Below, in pieces: positions 47,274 through 59,309 of a stretch of 64,000 nt of DNA. This DNA comes from Schizosaccharomyces osmophilus (lineage: Eukaryota): assembly GCF_027921745.1 (NCBI RefSeq), contig NC_079238.1:1054001-1118000 (forward strand). Reading direction: 5' to 3'. How positions within the stretch are numbered: position 1 is the stretch's first letter; every line of letters starts with the position of its first letter. The translations under genes were made by a program, and so were the position numbers. Under the pieces are notes generated by a model. It saw only the letters and a program-made list of their open reading frames with translations. It was not told the DNA's origin and made no database searches.

Positions 47274-47624
47274 ATGCCTGCTGCTGAAAACGTTGCTTCG
47301 AATCCTCCTTCTGCTTCTTCTGAGGAAAAGCCAAAGGTAAGAAGACTTAGCGTCTGTTTTTTTTTTTATTTCCTTCATATCTAAGAATGCAACCTGCTAA
47401 TTGTTTTATATCTAGCCTTGCTGTGCTTGCCCGGAAACCAAACAAGTCCGTGATCAGTGTATGCTGAATTCGGAAAATGGCCCCATTGACTGTGCCAAAC
47501 TAATTGAAGCCCATCGACAGTATGTAATAATGAACAAAAACACTCAACCATGTTCAATGCCACTAGTGATATGATATTGACATAAATTTACAGATGCATG
47601 GCCCAATATGGCTACAAGGTATAA
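47274..47624 (+). CDS. cox17: Mitochondrial copper chaperone Cox17 (3 exons)
   Basis: Spliced [40 protein letters not shown]. Not in the ORF track. Confidence 0.95.
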
Positions 47625-47811
47625 AGTATACATTGACAGAGAAGCTGTTCCTTTCCGTTTTTGAGATATACTCTTCCAAGGAAATGTCATTTTTAAAAAG
47701 AAGAGCTTGATTTCTTGGGTCAATTCATGCTCAAAGGGACGATTGTCTTGGTCGTCCAGTTTGTTCATGCGTGTCTTTCCTACTCCATTTCTTTGTTAGA
47801 TGTTTATTTTT

Positions 47812-47814
<3 letters not shown>

Positions 47815-47847
<33 letters not shown>
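47815..47847. repeat. (CT)n microsatellite
   Basis: Direct reading. Confidence 0.8.
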
Positions 47848-47850
<3 letters not shown>

Positions 47851-48191
47851 GTTTTCATTCCACCTTATTTTGGGATGGAAGTGTTTTTTTGTACTTGAAA
47901 CCCATCCGTCAAGAAAACAATAAAATTATGTTGTAAAATATGTTTATATCAAAGTTTCATGCTTCTACTCAATTTACCTGTATCCTTCTTCATCCTTTCG
48001 CTTTGCTCCTTTCCTCAAAAATTCCTCCCTTTTCCGTACACCTTTATTTTCTGTAAATTGTAGATCAAGTAACATACCTATCGTTACCTGCACATTGCTG
48101 GAATAAAGGCGATTAGGAGGCATGTTGAACGAACAAAGAATCTTTTTTTTTTTAACATCCCACTTCGTTTTTCAACCTTGTGTTGTAAATT

Positions 48192-48701
48192 ATGGTATTG
48201 AAACGGAGCAATGCCGGGAGCTTTTATAGACCAAACAGGGGCAAACGGACGAAGCCCATGTTTTATAGGGAAAACGCGTCGCCCATAGCCAATTCCGGAC
48301 TTGTTTACAATCCTTGGAGCGTAGCTTCCACAACCGCTGCAATCAAAGATGCTGCCCATGGAGACTCCCGAATGGTCAAGCTTTGTCACGTTTGTTACAA
48401 GAAGACTACTTCAAGAATGCGCGTTGCTTCCTGCGAATTGTGTAAAAAGTCTACGTGTTGTATATGTCTTCGTGAGTGTTTGAATTGCGAAAATACTGTT
48501 TGTTCTCGTTGTTCAAAAGAAGAAAGGTATGGATTTGAACAATTGACTCGCTTAACGCGTTGAAGCTCTTTTTTTCGAAGAAAAACTTCAACAGCATAGG
48601 CTCAATCTTTTGGTGTATGTCTATGGATTATTAACTGTGTGATTCGTAGAACGTTTGATAGTGAAACATATTGTTTGAGTTGTGTCCCTATCGTTTCCTA
48701 A
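48192..48701 (+). CDS. Siva-family-like Cys-rich zinc-finger protein (2 exons)
   Basis: Multiple CxxC pairs (CHVC, CELC, CCIC, CLNC, CSRC); spliced last exon TFDSETYCLSCVPIVS*. Confidence 0.75.
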
Positions 48702-49609
48702 GCCGATGCTTGAAACGTTTGTCGAAACTCGCCTTCGCTATAGACAGTGCCGAATACAGCATCGTTTTGGTTTTCGTTTACATTCGTATATTGTGAGAGA
48801 TTCATTTGGTTTCCTATACAAGGATACGACGGCGGAGGGGAAAGCCATTCACCTGTGTTGGTTTTCATATGTGAGCGATCAGAGCTAAAATGTTGGACAA
48901 ATGTGTTCGCTTCAATAACTCTATATTTTCTGTTCATCTCACAATAGAGATTTCCATAAATAAGCGGTTGCTCAGGAGGATGCTCCAAGTCTCGACAGAG
49001 CGCTTGTTCAAGATACTGTTCCAAAGGACAGGGAATTGGTAATCTAGTATCGGGATCCCATAGAAACCATCCTTCCTCGGGACATTGGAGACTTCTTGTC
49101 AAAAGCACTACATGATAATCCTGAATTTGGTCAGTACGTTTGTTTCATCTTGCTGCATAATGAAGATGTATAATTTAAAAAAAAAAAATAGACTCTTGCT
49201 TTCTTCGTTCTTTTCTCTTTAGCAAGATACATGACAATTTTCTTTACTTATATGTTAAGGCTTTATAGCTTCTTGTTCCATGACTTAATGATTGTGATTT
49301 ATTTGTTTTCGACAATTTATGACCTTACCCAAATAACGAATGGTGACTTTGACTGTTCCCAAATTGGCATCTAATTTTTCATCTCAATTAGACAGTTTTT
49401 TCCACGAATGAAGAGATCGCTTACCGTTTTTGTTGGTGTTGACAAGAATACTACATATGCTTGAAGCCGAGGCGGCTTCTCTTTTACAACATGCTCTGCC
49501 AACTGATAGATATTTTCTTCACAATAACTAGACATAGAATGGGTTAGGTTTTTGGTTTTTTTTATTTTTTCTCTATTTACCTTGATGTATATTCAATTTT
49601 GGATAACAT
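48698..49609 (-). CDS. NTAQ1: Protein N-terminal glutamine amidohydrolase (NTAQ1/WDYHV1 family); exons 49581..49609, 49425..49527, 49329..49370, 48698..49120 (~198 aa)
   Basis: Manual splicing gives YTSSYCEENIY...VIWDYHVV...WDPDTRLP...FSSDRSHM..GEWLSPPPSYP..MNL, i.e. the family signature with its Cys/His/Asp triad. Three canonical introns keep the frame. Confidence 0.92.
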
Positions 49610-50202
49610 ATTTGTGATATTACGGAGTTCTAGTCCAAACGAATTAGAAACTGCCGCTTATAAAAGTTATAACTAATAGTGTGAAGATGTTAAGAGAACC
49701 GGTAAATTAAGCAGAAATATTGCGTACGCGTGCGGTAGACTATATTCAGTTTTATATTATATTTTGTGGTTTTATGTGTGGAAGGGATTGAGAGATTTTT
49801 CAAGGCGCTTTCATTCGATTCTATGTGTTTGCAAGATTTCTATTTCTTATTTAATTTAATTTAATCTTTAGATATAAAAGGGTATTAAAAAAGTAAAAGA
49901 CCAAGTAACTTTCTAGCAGTGTTTTTGTGATTTCCCAGTAAGCCAGGAAAAGACATTTCCTCAATGTCTCTTCGCGGTGTAATACAGCAACCATGATACA
50001 AACACAAAATTGAACAACGGACACCTTGACATCCAACAAACATCGAGCTTAGTCATAATTTCCTCAAAAGCTTCTTCAATCTTCTTTGTCACATACTTGT
50101 TTACTAGCGATGAGTAGCGTACTAGCAGCAAAAACTTCTACAGTCTTCCTCGGTCTGTGATTCGCCAACGAGGACTGCTTTTGTGTCTGTTTTTTGTTAG
50201 GT

Positions 50203-50238
50203 TGTGACTGTTTTTTGGGAATCCGAATAGTATAAATA
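50203..50238 (+). promoter_or_regulatory. U3 promoter: HomolD box (TGTGACTG, 50203-50210) and TATA (TATAAATA, 50231-50238)
   Basis: Exact motif matches immediately upstream of U3; a HomolD box is known in the S. pombe U3 promoter. Confidence 0.75.
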
Positions 50239-50264
50239 TGAGAGCTTTTGCTTCATTAATAACC

Positions 50265-50526
50265 ATCGACGATACTCCAATGGATCATTTCTATAGTATA
50301 CGTCCGGCTTGGGTTTCCTAACCTAGCCACAGAACTCAACACGGATGATGATTAGTAGCGCCATTGCCCGAAGAGTGAGATAATACTTTCTTACTGAATG
50401 GATGGTTGGTTGCTGGATCCTTTTTGGATCAGGCGGTTTTAGCATCTGTTCAAGGCGATGATCTCTTGCATGTTATGTTTCCTTTTTGGTCGTAACATGT
50501 AGGGTAGTTGGCGTTTTCTGACGTGT
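50265..50526 (+). ncRNA. snu32: U3 box C/D snoRNA (likely the U3B/snu32 ortholog)
   Basis: ATCGACGATACTCC..GGATCATTTCTATAGTA (box A'/A), GGATGATGA (C'), AGAGTGAG (B), CGATGATCT (C), TTCTGACGTGT (D). Paralog identity is from recalled synteny. Confidence 0.93.
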
Positions 50527-51050
50527 TCTGAATTCTCTATAATTGTTGTGGTAAAACTGTAATGAATATAGTGGATTTGAAAAGTTTGTTTTTATTATTT
50601 TGGTATTTTAAGTTATTTGGTAGTCGAATGGAAGCTGAACTCAATAGGAGTATAGATTTTCCTCCGTTACTTATAGAATTAGAATTGAGTTCAGCTGTGT
50701 AAAACTTATCAGCAATAATAGATTATAGGAATTGAGAATTTGTGTCTAAAGTCAGAAATGGTTGAACAAGTAGTCAGGCTTTGAAAGCAAAGAATTAGAG
50801 CAATATCTGGTTTCCGTAGTAAGCGTTTTAAGAGTTTAGAGTGGTGATCGATAAGGAAAAGGAAACGGTGAATCTAATTCTCTTGGATATACGATGAAAA
50901 GGATGATTTTAAGGATAGGAGGATGTTTCTAGTATTCCACACTATCTAAGCTATCCTGTTTATAAAGAAAAATCTATAGACACATTAAAAATTAAAAGCC
51001 AAAAAGAATAAAAGGAATAAAAGTAATAGGAAGAAAAACACAGAGTTCAA

Positions 51051-51794
51051 TTAAGCGAGCATTTCTTGAAATTCACCAGTTTCCATCATTTCGGCTACAA
51101 CGTCCAAACCACCAACAAATTCACCTTTGATGTAGAGTTGAGGAAAGGTAGGCCAGTCAGAAAAAGCCTTTAAGCTTTGACGAACGGCATCGTCGGCCAA
51201 AATGTTGAAGAAACCATACTGGACATTTCTTTCACGGAGCATACCAACCAATTTACGGCTAAATCCGCAAGCAGGTTCGGAAGGAGTTCCTTTCATGAAG
51301 AGCATTATGTCGTGGGCGCTTGTAAGGGTGCGTAAACGGTTATCCGTTTCGACATCCAAACCGTTAGCGGCCTTTGCGCCACTAGCACCAGAAGAGACGG
51401 CGTTTGTTTGGACAGAGCCAACGTTGACGTCTGGGCCGTTGGAAGAGGGTGTAGCAGAAGACTGTTGGATGATAGGACGAATATACTCGTCGATGGCGGA
51501 TTTGAGTTTCTGGGGATTGGCACCCGAAATACGAGCAAGGACCTTTTGACCGTGAATTAAAACAAATAATGGAACCGCCGTAATATCAAAAGATTCGGCG
51601 ATGTCAGAGAACTTTTCAGCTTCAATTTTCAAGAATGTAGCCTCCTGGGTATCTTTGGCAAATTGATCGAAAACCTGGTTCATTTGTTGGCAGGGAGCAG
51701 CCCAAGGAGCATAGAAATTAAGTATAAGGGCTTGTTCATTGTCTTTTTGTAAGATTTCTTGAAAGTGATCAATCGATGAAATTTCAACACTCAT
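51051..51794 (-). CDS. grx4: Monothiol glutaredoxin Grx4 (Trx + Grx domains)
   Basis: WAAPC thioredoxin-like motif; CGFS; WPTFPQLY. Confidence 0.96.
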   Translation of the reverse strand: MSVEISSIDHFQEILQKDNEQALILNFYAPWAAPCQQMNQVFDQFAKDTQEATFLKIEAEKFSDIAESFDITAVPLFVLIHGQKVLARISGANPQKLKSAIDEYIRPIIQQSSATPSSNGPDVNVGSVQTNAVSSGASGAKAANGLDVETDNRLRTLTSAHDIMLFMKGTPSEPACGFSRKLVGMLRERNVQYGFFNILADDAVRQSLKAFSDWPTFPQLYIKGEFVGGLDVVAEMMETGEFQEMLA

Positions 51795-52860
51795 TTTTCA
51801 ATAATTCCTTTTTTCTAATTAATTCTGAGACGAATTTCAGATTTTATCTTTCAAATATCCTAGTTAAACTTTTATATTGGATTTCGTTCCAATTCCAATT
51901 CCTTTGTTGTTGGTAGTTGTTGGCTATATCGTTCTCGTTTGGTGGGAGTCTTGGATGTGCGCCAAAGGGTGAATTGCGAAGAAAGAGGCAACAGAAAAAT
52001 TTAGACTCTATGCGAAACTCAGGCACCAATTATTCAGCTCCTCTAACTTGGAATGCAAAAGAAAAAAAACTTCGTCCAAGCAATTCTTTCGTGTGCGGGT
52101 GGTTTTTATCTCATAAAACTGACATCTTGACCATGAGAAAAGAAACAGAAAACCACTAAGACGATTGAAATCAAAACTAAGCATGTATTTTTTGTTTCTT
52201 GATTGAACGGATCTTTTTGAGAACCAGAGTTGTCTTTCTTAAATTTCCTATTAATAAATCACATTTTGACAATACTTGATTATATATATATATTTTATTC
52301 CATAACAAAACAAAACCAAAGTAAATCAACTGATACAAAAAGGAAATAAATAAATTTAAAAGTGTAAAGCTCTTTAGTATGTCCTGAAAACCACAAGTCT
52401 AATTTTTTATGAAAATATCAATGTAAACAAACAAAATATTATTTGTTTACTTTCTTCTGTAACTTTTTATCTGCTATTTTAGAACCCCAAGTGAAGGTTA
52501 AAATTTATCTGATCGCTTCTTTGTAAGTCCCTGTTTTCCCCATACTTTATGACTCCTCTAGTGAACTTCAACAAAAATAGGAATTTTCAAAAGCAGCCCA
52601 ATTTGAGTGTTTTCGTTGGATTTCTGATCAATCTTTAATAGTGTTTTTAGCTGGATACCTTTAATTTGCTCCCCGTTGGCTGCTGCATTGAAAGAACAAA
52701 TTCTTGCTGAAAGTACGGTTCTTGGTTCTTTGTTATTGAAGTAAGCTTTTCATACCTAATCCGTAATATTTGAAGGTTTATTTTAATTTCTTTCTTTTTT
52801 TCCATTCGTTTCTTTTTTCTTTTTTTTTTTATATATTCCCCTCTCGTTTTCTTCATAATA

Positions 52861-54099
52861 ATGTCTAATACTGACTTGGATTGGCAATTACAAGAGCTTG
52901 AAAATGGAAGGGTAATTCCTGAAGCCAATGGTACGTGTTTTATCAACCTTTTCTCGTGGATCTCCGTTAAAAAAGTCTTCTGCAGTGACTTTTTCAACGT
53001 GGATGGTTATACATGTTTTGTCGCTTTGTTTTACTAATACGACTGACTAGTGGTCGAGCTTTGCAAGCGTGTTCGTGATATATTGATAGAGGAATCAAAT
53101 TTACAGCATATCTCTTCTCCGGTTACTATTTGCGGTGATATTCATGGTCAGCTTCACGATATGCTTGAGCTTTTCCGCATTGGTGGCTCTTGTCCAGAAA
53201 CAAAATACGTATTTTTGGGCGATTTTGTCGACAGAGGTTTCTACTCCGTGGAAACCTTCCTTTTGCTATTAACACTTAAGTGCAAGTATCCAGATTCAAT
53301 CACATTAATTCGCGGAAATCACGAATCCCGCCAAATCACTCAAGTATACGGTTTTTATGATGAATGTGTTCGCAAATATAGCTCTGCAAATGTTTGGCGT
53401 TATTGCTGCGAAGTGTTTGATTATCTTTCTTTAGGTGCTGTTATTGATGACAAAGTTTTGTGTGTGCATGGTGGACTTTCTCCGAGTATTACAAGCTTGG
53501 ATCAGGTAAGACATTATTCTTTCTTTTCTCCCCTTTCTCTTCTTTTATGATTCGTTGTACTAACATGTTTGTCCTAGATTCGACTCATTGATCGAAAGCA
53601 AGAGGTCCCCCATGAAGGCGCCATGTGCGATTTACTCTGGTCAGATCCAGAAGACATCAGTGGATGGGGTTTGTCGCCTCGAGGAGCTGGATTTCTATTT
53701 GGTTCTGATGTGGCAGAGGCTTTCAACCATGGCAATAATTTGTCATTTGTTGCCCGTGCCCACCAGTTGGTCATGGAAGGCTATAAAATTCACTTTTCCG
53801 AAAAGGATAAAGAAAATACAAGAAAATTTAATGAACAGGACTTCAGTTCCGATTCAGATCCACAATCGCCGTATGATGATACCCCCGCGCCCGGTGATAC
53901 CATTGCAATAGCACAAAAAGACATGGGTAGTGTAGTGACTGTCTGGAGTGCCCCTAACTATTGCTATCGTTGTGGAAATGTTGCTTCGATCTTGCAGCTT
54001 GGTGAAAATCAGAATCAAACATATAAGATTTTCGGAGCAGCTTCACAGGAACGAAGCGGGATTCCTACCAAGCAACCCATCGCCGATTATTTCTTATGA
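52861..54099 (+). CDS. pph3: PP4 catalytic subunit Pph3 (3 exons)
   Basis: [30 protein letters not shown]-terminal ADYFL. Confidence 0.92.
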
Positions 54100-54598
54100 T
54101 AAACTATACCCGGAATATTTATTTATGTTTGTGGTTATGATCAATGTTGTGTCGTTTTTCAAAATAGTATGAACTTAGTGCTCTAATATCTTTCTTTACT
54201 TCCAAAGCATTTTCTTTTTCATGATTTACAGTAATGTTTTCAAACTTTCTTTATCTTATACTCTTGGTTTTCTGCCTACATCTTGCCAAATTACCATTCC
54301 TCAAGACGTACCTACCTTTTTCTCCCTTCTGTTATTTATTTATAATTATCTACTTTCACTAGTAGCATCGTTCAAGCACTGTTCTATGCAATGTTTGCAC
54401 CTTCCGTATACTCGTAACCATAACCCATACATCTGCCATCGACCTTGGGAAAACATCTTTACGTTCCCCAAACAGGTCATTGGTCTTAGTTTCCTAGATT
54501 TTTTTGGATTTTTGAAACATCATTATTTATTAACATACTTTATTTAATGGGATGTATATTAATCTTCATGACGCGTAAATTGACGAACATTCTCTAAA

Positions 54599-57500
54599 AT
54601 GTCATGCACTTTGAACTTATGGACCCATGACTCCACATTGGCTTCTCATAGTGCTATAATAAATTACGATTTGGTACCAGGTGCTAAGTTGGGAGATGTT
54701 TTCGAAGTAAACGTTGCTCATTCAGACGAATATGGCAGCGAACATGATGACTTGAGCCCGCTTTCGAGAAGCAGAATTAGACGTACACAGGAACCCATCT
54801 ACCTTAAACCTTTCCCCTTATCAGGAGAATTAAAAAAGAAACACCCAAACTTGCAACTTTCTGTTAAGCACGAACTCAGTACACTGTTAGGGAGCCATAG
54901 TCGCGAGCCTGTATCTGTAAAGCCATGCCCCGACAAAACAATGATTGAAGCAGATCATGTCGTGATATTTTTTCGCGATCAATTCATCTCCAGAAGTGAT
55001 ATGTGGCGTCTATCGAGAACTCTTTGTGATACTTGTGTTTACCAAAAGCAACGGGTTTATTTTTTAGGGAATGTCCAGGGCGAAATAGGCTTTATTTGGA
55101 AAAATGGAAAAAAATGCAAATCTGCTTACTTTACAGAAAGCACGAGACCCATATTTCGTTCTGAAAGTGCTAAGTTTCTTATCTTTATCCAAATGAGTGA
55201 AGAGATGTGGCATTTCGAGGAAGATGGTGAATTGAATTATAATAAAGCCATAGATGGATTCCTGCCTGATTTGTTTTCTTTATGGAGAGATTTGGGTGCT
55301 CATCATCTAATATCTATAATTTTATTTACTCGTGTTGAATACGGAAATCATGGTTCAATGTGTGTCTGGCGCCCAGACAATACTGGTCTAAACCAAAGAA
55401 TGAAACAGCAGACTCAGAGTTCTGCGGATGATTCTGAAGAAGGTGGCCCATACAAAGATTTTTTCAAAGTTGTTGTAGACAACGTTTCTAGTCGAGATTG
55501 GCAGCCCACTCTTGCTAATCTTAAAGTCGAACTGGCAAAGTTCAAGGAAAATGTTTTAGTTCAGAAAACTATAAACGAGTTTGGTAATGAGGTTGATTAT
55601 GTCTGTGGCAGAATGACCGCTTCTCAAGAAGGCAACTTCCTAGAAGTCATAAACATGGCGGTTTATCAATTTCAGTCTGACTACATCGATCGAGATTTAT
55701 CGAGAACTGGTACTAGTATTATTATAGTAACACCTGGAAGCGGCTTATTTGAAGTTGACGAGAAGATGTTGCACTTGACGTCTAAGAGTCTTTTAAATAC
55801 AGTCGTCGGCATGGATATTGTCTCTCTAGGCAAAGTTCCTCTGTACCTGACGCCTGTGCTTCGTTATAAAAACCCTAGCAAGAGTACGAAAAAATATCAG
55901 CTTCTAGTACCAAAATTTTCCGAATCATTACCAGGATCTACTGGTGACATTCCAGAATCGTTTACTTCTTCCGTTTCAAATTATTCGGTTGGATCCTTCC
56001 TTAAGAATATTCGAACGAGTAGTGATTGGCTGTATACATTTCCTATAGGCTGTAATATCAGCTTCTATAGTACTACCGAAATGCGTTCATTGCGTTCACC
56101 TTGGGAGAATCTAATGCGCGAGTATCAGTTTGAACCCACTGCTAAAATGCATGAATTACAAATGATGGGTGTACTAGAGGCCGAGAGCGCCAAAATTTCG
56201 ATTCCGCTACTTCAGTCGGATCCTTCCCTAGCGGGTGGTAATGTATTTGAAGAAGAAGCTCAAGAGGAGTATGATGCTAAACAGTTTGTTAGCAATCATC
56301 TCCTTAAACCATCAGAAACAAATCGTCAACCTCTATATCGTAGTGCTACCCTTAGTCCCGGAAAAGAGTCCATTCAAGACACTAGATTTCCCAACTTGTC
56401 TTCTATTACAAGCCGGGATCATCTTCGAAATCCAAATGAAAAAGACATCGATTTCAAAAGTCGTCAAAAAGACGCATTGCGACCAAACACCATGTCAAGT
56501 TTAAGCGAGAAGCTGAGGGAATCATCAAAGAAAAATGTCAATATACCTTCATCTCGTGCCTCATCAAAGATGAAAACGCCTTCGACTAGATCAAGCTCCT
56601 TAAACCTGAAAGGTTTTCTTGTGCAACCAGCAGCTGCAACTACGTCAATAAACCCCTTGGGAACTAAAGAAGTTATATCGAAACCATTTCCTGTTGAGCT
56701 CCCTTCGGCGGAGTCTACAGCTAGAATTAATCAAAGTATGGCCTCATCCATAACTAGGCCGTCTAGCCATCTCAGGCCTAATAACCTAGAACCAGCTAAT
56801 TTATCACCGACAAAAGGTTTAACGTCCGAAAACACTTCCCACACCCCTTGGAAGATTATAGACAATCCGTTTAAGCTAAAGCAAACCACGGCGGATAACG
56901 ATCCTGTGTCCCTTAGGTGGGAACATTTATACATGAATCAGCAAGACGTTCGAAGATTCAATTGGCTTTCAATGTGTACGCCGGGGGCTCTTCCACTCAC
57001 TTTTAGTTATTTCCCTTCGCTGGAGGAACTTAACGATAATTTTGAAGAATACACCTATACAGTTGGAATTGATCCTGAAATCACTGATATGAACCAGCAG
57101 GATCTTCTGACTGAAATGATTTGTCAACGATTATCTCGAGGATATCAAATTGTCGTGAATCCTGTAACATCTATTTATTTGAATGAGCCTTCGAGCTCGG
57201 TCATTAAAGAAAATACACATAACTTTAATACATTTATGTCAACGGCTAACGAAGTCGGGAGTAACACTGTTTACCTTGCCTTAGGAGACAGTCAATTTCA
57301 TTGTCTTTCTTGTGATTCTGTTGGGTATAATATTGAAGTTAAGCGATATGTAAAAAAGGTTTCAGGGCACGGCAAGATGAAGTATGACTATTATATTTGG
57401 TCCAAGAACACGCATGATTACGTTCCATCTAGTATAACCTTTAATGCTAATGATACTGCAAACTACAATTGGAATTATGTCGATCAACTAATTAGTGGTT

Positions 57501-59023
57501 TTGAAACTTACTTACCCGATTCAGTTAAGTATTGGAGAGCAAGATTCGTATTAATTCCTACGGGCAACTTTTCTCCAAATGTTATACAAAAATTTCAAAC
57601 ATTGGAACAAGATAGTTATACGGAAGAAGAATTGAGAGTCGAAGGCGTGTATAAGTTATGTGAAATTTTACGTCGAGGAGAATTTGATCCTATGAATGAA
57701 AATTCGAAGAAGACACCGCAGGTCACTTCTGCAAATTCTCTCGGAATCAAGTTTACCACCCTATCTTTAAGAGATTACATAAATTCTGAATTGGAAGCTA
57801 TTACCAATGACTCCAACCGTAATGGAAAATCACTATTGATGCCGAATAAACACTTGACTACTGGAATAGACAACTACACGTTAGCTAAGGAAATGCAAGG
57901 GTTGAATGGTTTGAAGATAGATGATATAACTTGGCACTACCGTGTTTACGAGAACTGCTTTCTGGGGAGTGAATTTGTCTCATGGATAGTAAATACGTTT
58001 ATTGAAATAAATACCAGAGAAGAAGCTTTGAGTTTTGGCAACAAATTACTAGAAAATGGTTTAATTGAGCATATTAGGAAAAAGCACCCATTACTTGACG
58101 GACACTACGTTTATAGATTATCTTCTGAGTTTAATACAAAGCCAATGTCTACCCGTCCTTACAGGAGTTGGTTTAATCGAAAGAAAGAAAATCATTCTAA
58201 AGATTCAAATAATCAGAATTCTTTTAAAGAAGGACCTTTGAGAATTGAACTTTCAAGGCAAATTTTATTTGATGCGGACCCTGAACGGAGACACGGCCGT
58301 TCGGAGATGGTAACTTTACATTATGATCTACTTCATAACCCAAATACTTGCTTTCATCTTCGAATTGAATGGCTTTTAGCTACTGCAAGCGTCATAGAAA
58401 ACATGCTTCAATCGTGGTCCAGAATCCTTGAACGTTATGGTTTGGCTTTGGTCGAAGCACCTATTCATGAAGTTTCAGCAGTTGCAGAACTAAATCCTTT
58501 CAATCAGGTGTCGGTGATCAAACTTGGAGTTGAACCACCACCGCTTCCAGAATATGTATCTTATCCTGCCAATCATAATTACCCAAAGAAGTGGTGGTGC
58601 ATTCAGATTCTAAAATACTTCGATTTCATTCTTGATAGTGAGGAAAGCAATGTTTTTCCACAGATGGTAACAGCAGTATATTCATGGGGAAAACCAAGCT
58701 TTCGGTACGTACAATACATCCACAAGACAGGAAGTGTGTTAGTACAAATTGACGACAATCTGCAGTTCTTGTGGCTACCTAACTTACTACATAATTCCAA
58801 GGCGGGTAAAACAAACTTTAACAAAAGCAATAAAGGTCAAAATGTGTCTTTGAAAAAAACAGCTGAGGAACTCAAGCACTCCTTCAAGAATTTTTGCAAC
58901 AATTGTGAAGAGCTGAACCGCTTTTATTATACTGTTGCGAATTCTAAGGAAGACCGTCGAAGCATCGCTTCTGTATCGAGCATACTATCTGGGGACGAAA
59001 ATGACCCTAATGTATTGCACTAG
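54599..59023 (+). CDS. iml1: GATOR1/SEA subunit Iml1 (DEPDC5)
   Basis: FRDQFISRSDMWR, FRSESAKF..FIQMSEEMWHF, WNYVDQ and a DEP domain (CFLGSEFVSW). Confidence 0.95.
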   Translation: MSCTLNLWTHDSTLASHSAIINYDLVPGAKLGDVFEVNVAHSDEYGSEHDDLSPLSRSRIRRTQEPIYLKPFPLSGELKKKHPNLQLSVKHELSTLLGSHSREPVSVKPCPDKTMIEADHVVIFFRDQFISRSDMWRLSRTLCDTCVYQKQRVYFLGNVQGEIGFIWKNGKKCKSAYFTESTRPIFRSESAKFLIFIQMSEEMWHFEEDGELNYNKAIDGFLPDLFSLWRDLGAHHLISIILFTRVEYGNHGSMCVWRPDNTGLNQRMKQQTQSSADDSEEGGPYKDFFKVVVDNVSSRDWQPTLANLKVELAKFKENVLVQKTINEFGNEVDYVCGRMTASQEGNFLEVINMAVYQFQSDYIDRDLSRTGTSIIIVTPGSGLFEVDEKMLHLTSKSLLNTVVGMDIVSLGKVPLYLTPVLRYKNPSKSTKKYQLLVPKFSESLPGSTGDIPESFTSSVSNYSVGSFLKNIRTSSDWLYTFPIGCNISFYSTTEMRSLRSPWENLMREYQFEPTAKMHELQMMGVLEAESAKISIPLLQSDPSLAGGNVFEEEAQEEYDAKQFVSNHLLKPSETNRQPLYRSATLSPGKESIQDTRFPNLSSITSRDHLRNPNEKDIDFKSRQKDALRPNTMSSLSEKLRESSKKNVNIPSSRASSKMKTPSTRSSSLNLKGFLVQPAAATTSINPLGTKEVISKPFPVELPSAESTARINQSMASSITRPSSHLRPNNLEPANLSPTKGLTSENTSHTPWKIIDNPFKLKQTTADNDPVSLRWEHLYMNQQDVRRFNWLSMCTPGALPLTFSYFPSLEELNDNFEEYTYTVGIDPEITDMNQQDLLTEMICQRLSRGYQIVVNPVTSIYLNEPSSSVIKENTHNFNTFMSTANEVGSNTVYLALGDSQFHCLSCDSVGYNIEVKRYVKKVSGHGKMKYDYYIWSKNTHDYVPSSITFNANDTANYNWNYVDQLISGFETYLPDSVKYWRARFVLIPTGNFSPNVIQKFQTLEQDSYTEEELRVEGVYKLCEILRRGEFDPMNENSKKTPQVTSANSLGIKFTTLSLRDYINSELEAITNDSNRNGKSLLMPNKHLTTGIDNYTLAKEMQGLNGLKIDDITWHYRVYENCFLGSEFVSWIVNTFIEINTREEALSFGNKLLENGLIEHIRKKHPLLDGHYVYRLSSEFNTKPMSTRPYRSWFNRKKENHSKDSNNQNSFKEGPLRIELSRQILFDADPERRHGRSEMVTLHYDLLHNPNTCFHLRIEWLLATASVIENMLQSWSRILERYGLALVEAPIHEVSAVAELNPFNQVSVIKLGVEPPPLPEYVSYPANHNYPKKWWCIQILKYFDFILDSEESNVFPQMVTAVYSWGKPSFRYVQYIHKTGSVLVQIDDNLQFLWLPNLLHNSKAGKTNFNKSNKGQNVSLKKTAEELKHSFKNFCNNCEELNRFYYTVANSKEDRRSIASVSSILSGDENDPNVLH

Positions 59024-59309
59024 CTTTGGTTTGTTTTGTTTTCATGTATTTTTACAGCCGAATGTAAAGAGTTTACTAATTGGACGTTCATTCACCATGC
59101 TAATTCAAAATGGGATAACGGATAGGTAATGAAAAATCATCAAAATTATTTAACTTCGCAGCGTAAGTTCTATAATTTCATTAAGTATCATAAGTTATAG
59201 TAAGCCGTCGACTTAGTCAAGCCAAAAAAAAAATTAAAAAATAGGCTTTATAACTTCAAAATCATGGACTGTAAGATATGTTGAATAAATTACAATTAAA
59301 GCAAAAGAT

